From Guillardia theta CCMP2712 (Eukaryota; Protista; Cryptophyta), in NCBI RefSeq assembly GCF_000315625.1, contig NW_005434458.1:3767-67766 (forward strand): 64,000 nucleotides of DNA. The letters are read 5' to 3'. A program made the translations under genes and the position numbers. A model generated the notes under the pieces. It saw only the letters and a list, made by a program, of their open reading frames with translations. It was not told the origin of the DNA and ran no database searches. Shown here one piece after another: positions 1 to 11,300 of this stretch (positions are counted from its first letter, which is position 1; every line of letters begins with the position of its first letter).

Positions 1-967
1 AGCCCTGCCAACAGCTTCTGGCTCGCGAGGTACGAGAGCCCGGAATCCACCGCCAAGGTTTGCCAGTGGTTCTGCAGGCAGGGCTACTACTCCTTCCCCA
101 TGCATGCCGACCAGAGCGGGGGGCCCGGGTCGGAGGGCGCCACCTGCCTCCCCCCTCCCTCCCTCGGCGTCGCTGTCGGGTACACCTTCTGGCTGATCCT
201 CAACACGACGGAGCTCTCGCAGCAGTTTGGGGTTCCGGTGGTGCCGCAGAACCTGACGCTCCAGTCCGCCCCCGGGGTGGGGGCCTGGGTGGACAGCCTG
301 TCGTCCAACCTGAGCCTGGCTCTGGGCAACAGCCTCGTTGTGATCCATGGGAGCAGGACACCCGTGCGGACGGTGGCCCAGCTCCACAACAGCCAGTACG
401 CGAGGGAGTGGAGGGTCTACATGCAGACTCTCCCGTCGATCTACCTTCCTCCGGCAGCAGGTCTCTACCCCCTACCGCTTTCCCGAGTGGCTGCAGCGCC
501 TGGGGGTGTTCAATCAGGAGGGGGTGATCGACGTCCGGACTGCGGCCGCCTACCCCGTCGTGAGGAGGTCGGGGGGCAGGGTCAGGGTGCCGATGGACTC
601 GAGAAGGCAGATGGCCCCGCCGCCGGTGGACGCGGTGGCCCTGGAGGTGGTTTCGTACCTTGACGCGCAGGGCCTGACGCTCACGGACGTTGTGAACGCG
701 ATCTTCGAGTCTACTGTGTCCCTAGTCAACAGCACCTCGGTGAAGGGTGTGTGGGGGGCGGACATCTTCATCCGTGACATGACGGTGAGGGTGCAGAACG
801 TCGGGCCCGGCTTCAGCTCCGCCTTCCTCCTGCTTCTCGCCTGCATGATCTTCGCCGGCTGTCTCGTGTGTGGGCTGCTGATCCAGGCCTTCGTGGTGCC
901 GGCCAGCTCCGGGGGGTACGCGGACATCACCCAGACGGGGCACGTCATCGAGGAGCTTGCCATCTGA
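1..967 (+). CDS. 5'-truncated, intronless single-pass membrane protein with Cys-rich ectodomain; one frameshift near 425-460
   Basis: Frame 1 is open from base 1 (PANSFW...CQWFCRQGYY...) and continues best in the 347..967 frame (QQVSTPYRFPEW...). The C-terminal hydrophobic segment FSSAFLLLLACMIFAGCLVCGLLIQAFVV is followed by a short tail. High GC3, no introns. Confidence 0.5.
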
Positions 968-972
968 GGGCC

Positions 973-1000
973 TGTGTGTGTGTGTGTATGTGTATGTGTG
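973..1000. repeat. (TG)n microsatellite
   Basis: tgtgtgtgtgtgtgtatgtgtatgtgtg. Confidence 0.9.
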
Positions 1001-1104
1001 GAAATGTGGAAAGTAAAAGATTCAGACCCTGCCCGGCCACTCCCGCCCCAGCGCTGTGGTGTGCCGCATCATCTCTATTTAGGTCGGAACCGAGACGGGA
1101 CGGC

Positions 1105-1990
1105 ATGGTAGCACTGGGATACATGTCTTCGAACCGACCGTCGGCGCAGCGCCCCGTGATTGCCAAGGACAGCTCGCAAGCTGCCAGCACCGGCCCCAAC
1201 AGCACACACAGCTATCACAACCTGCAGACCTTCCAGAATGAGGCGGTCGCGACCACGATCAACGCGGTGCTGAAGGACGGCCTGCTGACGCCCATGAGGT
1301 CGTTGAAGCCCTCGGAGTGCCAAACCCTCATCAAGTGCGTCCTGAGCAAGGAGGAGCCCGAGGCGGCGCTCATCGGCACCGCGATGGTGAAGATCCCGAA
1401 GGGCCTACCAAAGGGCGGGGACTGGTGTGCCTACGGTTCCAGCGCTTCCATCGTTCTATCCCCCTGCAACACACTCTTCGAGGACCTCCAGCAGCTCAGG
1501 GAGGCGATGCTGACCCACGTTCGAGCCCTGCACGCCAAGGACAGCAAAGCCGAGAGGCCGGAGGATCACTCGCCGGTGGACGAGCGGATCTCCAGCACTC
1601 TCCTCCCCTGCTCGGTCTTCCACGGCTTGAGCAAGGTGAGTGACAAGGTCGGGGGTTACCAGATCACCTCCCGCTTCGGCAGCGTCTTGCTCTCGGCCAG
1701 GGACATGGTGAGGTGCAACGCCGCTCCCCCGAGCTCGAGTGGACGACGCAGGCACAGGCCGTCAAGGCCGTCTCGAAGAGCATGGAGGAGTCCGGCCTCT
1801 CCACGAGCAGGCACTGCATCCGCGCCAAGGGCAAGGACGGTACCTACGTGCTGGACCTGCTCTACATGCCCTCCCCGGAGGGATCGTCGCAGGCCCTGGC
1901 GGCCAGCGTGGTGCTGCTTAATCATGCGTCGAGCATCCTCCGTGGAGTCAAGGAAGATGCATATCTTGGACCCGTTCCACGAATCGGTGT
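1105..1990 (+). pseudogene. Intronless hypothetical protein, frameshifted at a C5 run (~1726-1730), running into low-complexity DNA
   Basis: MVALGYMSSNRPSAQ...RCNAAP continues as PELEWTTQAQAVKAVSK...YVLDLLYMP if one C is added to gctccccc. No family recognised; right boundary uncertain. Confidence 0.4.
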
Positions 1991-1994
1991 TTTC

Positions 1995-2150
1995 CTCCCT
2001 CCCTCCCTCCCTCCCTCCCTCCCTCCCTCCCTCCCTCCCTCCCTCCCAGGCTGTCTCTGTCTCTGTCTCTGTCTCTGTCTCTGTCTCTCACATAAACACA
2101 CTGCTTGCTCTCTCTCACTCTCTCTGTCTTTCTGTCTCTGTCTCCCTGTC
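1995..2150. repeat. (CCTC)n followed by (TGTCTC)n low-complexity tract
   Basis: Directly visible tandem units. Confidence 0.9.
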
Positions 2151-2363
2151 TCAGTCATCATCAGCTGTGGTCTCCGGATTTGGGGTTTAGGGCCAAAGGA
2201 CGATGGCAACAGCTGCATGGTGAGAGTCAGCGCCGGGCCCGGCAGCCTCAGGCGATCACAGACTGTCAGAGTCTGACTCATTGGGAACTTTTGAAGGGAC
2301 AGAAGGGATCGGATCGGATCGCTGCTCTCGGATAAGAGGGTTTTGTTTTCTCGAGTGCTGCCG

Positions 2364-5300
2364 CTACACAGTGACAGTAACAGGAGAAGGGCAGCTGGAC
2401 GAGGAGCTGCAGGCGCCGGTAAGAGTGGAGAGAGGTACAGAGAACTTGAGGAGAGGAGAGGGTTGCTGCTCCGCCAGCCTGTAGGGAACAGGAAGGAACG
2501 CGAGGAGACCTGTGCAGGCGGGTGAATCAGCCAGAGAGGAAGAGCAGGAGGGAAGTAAGGGAGGCTGGGCAGGAGTGACTGGAGCAGGAGGAGGGGAGCA
2601 GGAGGGCTTGGAGTAGGAAAACGAGGACATCGAACAACTGATGGCAATCAGCGAATGAGGATCACGACCTGGACTGAGGTAGACGAGGAGGACGAGGGGG
2701 AGGAAGAGAGGAGAAAGTGGAGGAACCGAGGAGGGGTAAACCTCTCACCTCTCCGGCGGTAGCAGAAGGTCATTGTGCTGGTAGAGTTGTCCGTCAGGAG
2801 CAGCTGGAAGGTGGAGATCGACGTTGATCCTCGCGAGTATCGCTGGGTGAGGGAGAAACCCCCCGTTTGCACCTCCAGCACCTCCGTGCCGGGCACCATC
2901 TGAGAATACTTGCACCGATCGACAGGCTGGGCTGTCCCGTCGTCCACCACCATCTTCAGCTGGTCACCTGTTGAGAGCAAGCCGCGCATGGTAGCGAGCA
3001 CGGGTGCGCCGAGCGGGAGAGGAGCGACGGGTAGCTCCACCACAGCCTGCGACAGCGGGAAGCTGAGCCCCCTCTCCGGTGCCCAGGGGACGACCCGGAG
3101 AGTCCTGTCAAGCAGGCTGCCGCTGAGGATGCAGAGCTGGGCTTGCTGCTCGTCGGTGAAGTCAAGTGCGAAATCTTGGGTGTGGAGCTCTGGAGTTCTG
3201 ATGAGGAAGGGACCACCCCCGGGCAGCACTGACTGACAGTCTCCAACGCGCGTGATCTGCATGCTGTCGTTCACTCGCACCCCCGAGCCCAGCAGGGTGA
3301 GGGAGAAGTACACCCCGCGAACAAAGGATCCTGGGCTGATGGGCAGGCTCTCCGGCAGCCCCAGCACGGTGATGTTGTCGTCCCACACTGAGAATTGAAC
3401 GTCGTCAAACATGTCCACTTTGCGGGCCACCTGGAACGGCACGAGTTCAAGCCAGTACCAGCTTGTCTGAGGCTGGGGTATCCCCAGGCCCTGAAGGTTG
3501 AAGGGGGCGAGGAAGGAGACGGCGCCGGAGGTCAGGTCAATAAGGACGAGGCGGGTGCTGTAGAGGAGGAGGTAAAGCTTGTTTTCGCTCAAGCACGAGG
3601 GTCCTCCCACAAGGTCTGCCTCCTGCTCCGCCTCCATGACTTTAAGAACCTTGGTTGCCCTCCCGCTGTACGAGTTCAGGCTGAAGAGCGCGACTTCCGT
3701 CCCTCCTAGCGTGCTGAGCCCTAGCAGGCCATCGTCGCCGCTAGCCTTGAGGCTGCTGTGTCCCGCAAACTGCAGGGAGAAGAATCCGTCGAAGTTTGAC
3801 ACGTCGGGCTGCCAGCTGGCATGGGAGAGGGTCTGTCCCGTGGTGGAGTCAAGTGTGAGGAGGGCAAGGAAAGAGGCGCTGAAGTAGAGGCCAAAGGTTG
3901 GACTGAAGGCTGAGAGTCCTCGCTGGAGAGAGCACTCGATCGAACCGCAGCTGGGAATCACAGCGAGCCGTGTGACGTTTCCAGAAAACCTGTTGGAAGG
4001 AGAAAGCAAGAGGATATTGAAAGGAGGAAGGAGGAGAAGAAAGCGAGCGAGAGGACAGCAAGAGGAGCAGAACAAGAAGGGAAAGAGACAAGGAAGAAAG
4101 ATTCGTGAATGGAGAAAAAGAGGAAAAGGAGAGAAAGATAGAAGGAGGTTGAGAGGAAGATGAGGAGAAATAAAGTCAAGCATTCTCAAAACACAACTGT
4201 GCATTTGCTGCTCACCTGTCAATGGCGCAGTAGTAGGAGCCATCGTCCATGATCGCTATTCCCACCAGTCTCTCACGCTCGACATCCCAGCGCATGGAGA
4301 CGAGCTCGTTGACGAGAGAAGCGCCGCTCTTGAGGAGCACGGTGGTAATCTCATGGGTGTTGAGGTCAAAAGAGACCAGGGATATGCTGTCGACGAAGAA
4401 GACAGAAGAGAAGGAGGCATCGACTGCTGAGATCTGCTGCGCAACCTCCTGCTGGCTGATGTTGGCAACCTGTACAGCCTGCAAACATCCAAGTCACCAT
4501 GCAAGACATTCGGGATCTTTATGTTGCTGGTGAATTTCGCCAGGTCTTGACAAACCCGTTGTCCTTCTCTCCTCCTCTCGTCCTCTCCTGCTCTCCTTGT
4601 CTTCACTTTCGCTCTTCTCTCCATTTGCCTTCCTCCCCTTCTTCCCTCCCCTACTCCCCTGCTCCCCTCTTTTTTCTCGTCTCGCGTCCTCCATTTCTTA
4701 CCTTATCGGGACTTGAAGCGTCCAGGGCCACCAGGATCCCATTGACCAGCGCCAGCGCAAACTGATGAGAGTCGCTGCTGGGGCTGGTGAAGTCGCTCTG
4801 GTCGATCAGCTGGTTGTCCTGACTTGAGATGGTCTGCACGACAAATTCCTGCAGAAGCCCAGCTGTAAGACCACGAAAACAGGTCAAACAGGTCGTCAGG
4901 ACTTACGGGGAGCATCGGTGTAGTCTGTAGGAACGTGAGGCCGTCCAGTCTCATGGCGGCAGTGAACGGCTGGTCGAGGCCCCTAACGCCTTGTGGCTTG
5001 AGCTTGAGGATCTTATTACCTCCGACCGAGATCGAAGTGCCGGCGATGACAAGGTTGTCAAAGGGCCCGTCGAAGAAGCCGATGCTCGCCTGCTCGAGGT
5101 TTGCTGGGGTGCTGTAGAACTCGATGCGGACCTCAGAGTCAGGAAGCAGCGGGTTGCTGGAGCTGAAGCTGACGAGCAGGGAGCTGGGCACAGGAGAGAT
5201 GAAGGAGGGGAGACTGAAGACAACGTCGGACATCGTGCCAGGGAGCAGGTGGACTCCGTTGACCTGCATGTTCATCTCGATCATCTCGTAGCTACTCACA

Positions 5301-8300
5301 AGGGTTAGCAGCTGGAAGGTGCCGCTGAATCCGCTGAAGCGTCTTGACCGCACGCGGGGAATGGTGAGGTCAATGGTGTCTAGCTTTCTGTACTCCTTCC
5401 CTCCGTATCTCTTGAGCAGCAGCGTCGTGCTTTGCTGCTGGGCAGGGAGGCTCGATGGGTCGGGGAGGAAGACGCAGTTGTAGGGGGAGAGGTAACCTTC
5501 GGCAAGCCGTTGCGGATCGCATGCTCCTAACTGGCTAGGGGAGGAGGAAATCTCGACAGGGTATCCATCCAGCTCGGTGTAACGAGGAAGATCCGGAGAA
5601 AAGAAACCAGCTGGGAGTCTGACAACGATCCAGGCGTCAGGAGGGAGGAACGAGCGAGTGGTGAAGGTGAGTGTAATGTCTGACTCGCTGCCGCAGCGGA
5701 GACTGGCGAGCTTGTACTGGGCGTTGGCAATGACCGTCGCAAGCATGTACATGTTGTTGCTCAAGCCATGGTCAATCTCATAGCCGTCCTTAGTCAGAGT
5801 TGTCACCTGGACTGCTGGGACTCGACCGGAAAAGAGCTGGGAACCGAAGCCATGGAAGGTCAAGTTTACCCACGACTGCGCGGGCATGGCTGAACAATTC
5901 GACTCCCTGCTGGGGACCCGTTGGAGGCGGATGCTTAGACCGACGACGTCAGTGATGGCGATGGAGCAGTCAGGCCCCGAGAGGTTGGAGGTCGCAAACG
6001 AGGAGAGGACGGAAAAGGTGCTCGGAAGGTCGATGGAAAGTCGCGCGTCCCTCGGGAGTGGGTTGCGGATCTGGACCGCAAGGTTCAGCTGGGGTTGACT
6101 AGCAACGACATAGTTGTCAAGATTGGACTCCACCCTCAGGAGTGCATTGGGCTTGTACGCGATGACGTAGTTTGACCTGTGCGAGCTCTTTGCGGTAACG
6201 GTTGAGTTGAGGGACACAATGTAGTTGACGCTGAAGGCCCCGGCCGGGTTCAAGACATTGAGGAGTTCAACCGTGTTGACTGTGCTCTCCGGAATAGTCT
6301 GTGGGGCCACATACTTGACAAGCAGCAACCCCACCTCGTACAAGACTTCCCAGCCAGCTGTGGCTGAGCTGGGCGGGAGGTAATCGGAGAACTCCAGCCT
6401 CTCCTCGGTGATGTTGATGGTAAGGACGGCTCCGGTGTGGACTGGGCCGCTGACGGAGAACACGACAGTCATGTTTGACTTGGCGCCTGACAGCAGGCTT
6501 GACTTGATCATTCTGATCAGAACAAAGTTTGCAGCGTGGACAGACAGCTGGGGGATTAGGGAGAGGTCGACCTCCTGGTTGTCACCGTTCAACGTCCTGA
6601 TTGTCGCTGGCCCCGTCCCTCCCTCGTACAGCTGAACTATCACGTCCGTGATCTTTAGTTGGAGCACGTGGCCCAGCTCGACCTCCCTGCCATTCCCTTG
6701 TCGCTGGATCCTGAGAAGGTTACTCTTCATGTACGTCGAGAAGTTCCCGTCCAAAATGCCAGTAGCAGCGCGAGCTGCGAGGTCAGAGCCGATGAGGCTG
6801 ACGGGAAAGACTTGCGAGGACGGAGAGAGCGCGAAGTCGTGGTAGAGGTCCAGGTAGATCCTCCCATCAACTGGGAGGGGGTTGGAGAGGATGAAAGTCA
6901 AGGTCGCCTCCACGACCTCGCCAGCTCCGGAGGACGTGAGGGAGATGCTAGGACTGACGCAAAACGGGGGGCACGCGCCGCTCATGGTGCCATGGACGAC
7001 TTGAACGCCCTCGACGCTCAGGTCCTGGTCGATCGCGACATTGTCAGCGGTCAAAGTTCGGACTTGGAAGGTCCCAGACTTGCCGACGTAGGGCTGCGAC
7101 TTGACGCGATCGACGACCATGGAGAAGGGGCGGAGAGGCTGGACAGTGTAAAGGCTGTCTAGAATCTTAACGGTCAGGACGTTTCTCTTAAGTACGCGGA
7201 CTGCCAGGCCCCGGCCGAGCTGGTGCGAGTGGAGAGCCGTAGGAGAGTAGACGTTGAGAAACTCGATGACCGAGGAGTTGTCAAGTACTTCGAACCCGCC
7301 GGGCAGGACGATCGCGATGGAGGAGGAGGGAGGGAGCAAGTTGGCGGGGGTGAAGGAGATGTGGAGCTGGGACGAGGAACCAGCGGTCGTCTCACTCATG
7401 GCAGCACGCACAAGAATGGTGGCGGGTTTGAACTGGAAGCGAGCTAGCTCGACGTTCTGGTCCAGGATGAGGCCGTCCGGGTTCTCAGTGAACAGCTGGA
7501 AGAATCCTGAAGGCCCGGAGAACATCTGGTTGCGGACGAGATTGAAGGTGAGGGAGAAGCAGCCCACTGAGTTGTCATGCAAGCGCATTTCGATCACGTT
7601 GCCGTTGCCTGAGACGTTCCCTGCCACCTCCCTCGCCAGCACGTTGACCTGCTGCGAGGAGGAGGCGTTCAGCTCCTCGCAGAACTGTAGGGAGTGAGAC
7701 GATACCAGCTGGAGGAAGGTGTAGTCCTGCTCTAGTTCGACCGAAAATGACAATGGCATCACCAGTCTAACTCGGCCTCCAGCTGGAATGACGTTGTCAA
7801 CCCCGAACAGCAACAGCAGGGTCGAGTTGTCCCCAGCTACGTCCGAGCTCAGGGACATGATGGAGCGGAGGAAGCGGTTGGGGCGGATGTCGAACCCGGG
7901 ATCTCGAGCTTCGTCGACCACCTGGAGGTTCGGGTTTAGAGTCGAGACGTTGAAACTTCCGCTGGTTCCACTCAGTCGGGGGACTCGAACGTTGCTGAAC
8001 ATCATCAGCAGCAGAGCATGAGGGCGGAGGGGCGGTAGCTTGACCCTGAGGAGGAGACTGTCCGTCTGAGAGGCAGAAAAGAGCTGGAGGGGAGAGGAGT
8101 AGTTAACGGCGCACGAACAGCTCGTGCAGACCGCCTGACATCTCCGGGCGTCGCAAGAGGCGTTGAGGAGACATGCGGAATCGTTCGCCTCCCTTATCGT
8201 CAGAGACGTCAGGAACGGGTCGCTGACTATAAAGGTTGGAGGTAGCTCAACTTGCGCCCAGGAGCCGTCCACAAGCGCGTTCTTGACCTGCATCTCGACC

Positions 8301-11300
8301 GTCAGCCCGTCACTGCCCGCCAGGGCCTCCTTTGCTCGCACTGCAGCCCGGAGCAGCTGGTCTGGGACCAGCAAGCTTGGCAGGAAGGTGGAGGAGGGAG
8401 CAGGGCACTTGGAGGAGGAGGGAAAGCATTCCATAAGCACGGGGCCTTGGATGGTGCAGAGCTCGAAGGAGCCCGAGGGGCCAGAACGAGCTGGAAGCCG
8501 GACACCCTCCAGCTGCATGGCCAGCTGACCCTGATAGAACTGTGGGAAGTTTGCGGCGGGGGTGAGGACGGGGTTCAGGTAGATGTACATGTTGTCATGT
8601 GTCACGGCGATGAGGTCAGTCGAGGTTCCCCTCCACCTGGCCGTCAGCTGCTCTTGGATCGGCATGTAGTCTCCCGGAAGCTTCAGCCGCACTGTGCTGC
8701 CGGCAGGCAGTGGGAAGGAGGGGGAGAAGTCGATGAGAAGGTCCGTCAGCCCTCCGGCCACCGAGTTCCGGAGACTGACCACCGAGTCGGAGAGGCAGGA
8801 GGGGAGGAAGATTACAGCTGGAATGCTCCAGTTCGCGTCGACCTGGACACCGTTACTGCGGGTGGTGACTTGGTAACGCCCTCCCGAGCCGCTCACGAGG
8901 GGATTTCTGACGTTGCTGAACGTCAGTTTGACTTCCGCATTGCTGCTGATGTTGAGCTGGCTGGCACCAACAGTCACCTCGTTAACGTCAAGTCCAATCA
9001 GCTTGAAGGAAGCGACTTGGCTGCCGTCAACCGTCACGTCAAGTAGCGAGAGTTGGTTGATGTCCATGGACGACGGGAAGATGATCTTGAAGGAAGGGAA
9101 GTTCCATAGAGAGTTTCTAGTCGTGAATGAGAGGCTGACGTTGCTCAGATCGCCGACAAAGGACGAGGAATGGGCAGCAACAGCATCCAAAAGAGCCGCC
9201 GGTACGATCGAAGGACCTCTTACCATTGTCTCGTCGATGACTCTGTTTGCTGCGTCCAGCGTTCGCAGTCGAACGTCGCCGGTGCTGCCTGCCAACGGTC
9301 GATTGAGGAGCAGGCCCTGGAGGGAAATGGAGAAGGAGCAGGAGAGAGCTGTTCTCCGCGAGATCGCTTTCTCCGATGGGAAAGAGAACAACTTGAGATC
9401 CCCTGCTAGCTCGCAGAATGTCGCGCTGGAACAGTCTGAGGAGTGGGTGATGGTGAGGCGGACATGCCTGAACTCAAGGCAGTAGCTCAAAGCTCTCACG
9501 TAACTTTGATTGTACGCGATCACTTCCTGGTAGACTGGGACGAAGTCAACGCCGTCGGCCGAGGCTGAGAGTTGAAACCTGAGGGTCGTCGGAGCGCTGG
9601 CACACTGGGATAGGGAAGAAGGATTCATGTCCATGGCGAACCCACAGATCAAGATTCGCGCCCCGAAGTCTCTCGTGATATTCTGCTGGACGACAGGCGT
9701 GCAGGACGAAAGGCAGAAGTAGTCAGGAAGAGTCGCCAGCACTCGAGCCCGGGTCGTCGCTCCTTCTCCAAGCTCGACGAGGCTGTTTACCTCCACCCCC
9801 TCCTTGCAGGGCGTGTAGACCGTGTCCGTGAACCCCCCGACCGTCACTGTGTGATCAGCGACGTTGGCAGAGAGACTTAGAGGCTGCAGCTGGGGCAAAG
9901 CTGGATCGAAGAACTTGAAGGAGGAAGCGTTGGCTGCTTCGACCGCTCCCCAGTCGAAGTCCGCGGCTGGGAGGGTCAGGACGATATGACCATCAGAAGG
10001 CAATGGGTTGGAGATGATGAAGTGAACGAGCAGGCTGGTGGACATGCCAGCCTGCGGATCTTGAAGGTGGAGGTAGGGGAAGAAGAGATTGCCGGGAAGA
10101 AGGAGGACGGGAGGGACGTTGAGGTCTTCTTCGAAGACGATCTCCTCCGACAGGATCGTCCTAAGCTGGAAGGTGCCAGTGGCTCCCGAGACCTGAGGGT
10201 TCCTGACGCCGTAGTAGGAGAAAATGCTTTCCTTCCATGCCGGAATCCTCAGCCTGACCTGCGTCCGGCTGTCGAGCACAGGAGCTGATGTCACGGTCAC
10301 GTCGATAGCCATCCGCCTCGCCCCCCGCATGCTGACGCTGCAGTTGCCTGCTAGCAGCGCGTCGACCACCAAGCACGTCGGAGCGGAAGAGAAGGGGGGG
10401 GGAAGGCTGTTGGAGAAGGAGAAGCCGTCTGGGAGGGCGAGCTCCACGGTGAAAGTAGCAGGGAAGGGGTTGAAGTTGGAGAAGGCGAAGTCGAAATCAG
10501 TGATGTCTCCTGCTTTACGGGACGCAGGGAGGATTGCAGTGTCCAGCAGGCGGCCTGCCGTCAAGCGGACAGTTGGGAGTGTCACGTTGTCGTTGATGTC
10601 GATAAGGTTGACGTCCTGGTCAGACGATCGGATCTTGAAGGTGTTGCCGCACCTTACGGAAGGTACGAAGGTCTCGAAGGGGAACTGTACTCCCTGCAAT
10701 GTGAAAGAGAAAGGAGTGAAGGCAGGGAGCGTCTCGCCCACGTTCTTGAGCGAGATCGCGAGCTTGGCACCGGGAAACATGTCCGTATTCTTCGAGCTGA
10801 GCTCGAGCTGAAGTTGGCCCTGCTGGGATACCACCTGGAGACCTGTCTTGATGTAGACCGAGTTTCTCCTGCTCTCGTCCAGCAGCTCCGTGTCAAGTCT
10901 GAACCCGTCGGGGAAGGCAAGGAAGAGGTACCCTCCGTGAGGGATCGGGTTGGAGGTCGCGACCTCGATCTTCACTTCTCCTCTTGCCCCGACAATGAGA
11001 GGGTGAAGGGCAACAGAGGCGTTCAGGAACGAGGGCTCCAGCAGCGAGCCAGCGATCGCGGAGCTCTCACTGATGGTCAAGTTCCCCCTTGTGGCTGTGA
11101 TCAGATAATTGCCGGTCAGGCCGTCATGTTGCGGCAACCGGATGTTCGAGACATAGAGGTTTACCGGCAGCTCTCCAGCATAGAGCTCAGCTGAAGTAGC
11201 TGACACCGACCGCAGCTGAACTGTCTGCCCGGTGGTCGACAGCTCCAGGTCCTGCTGAGTTTGGAGGGGCAGGTTCTCTATGATAACCTGCAATCTTGCT

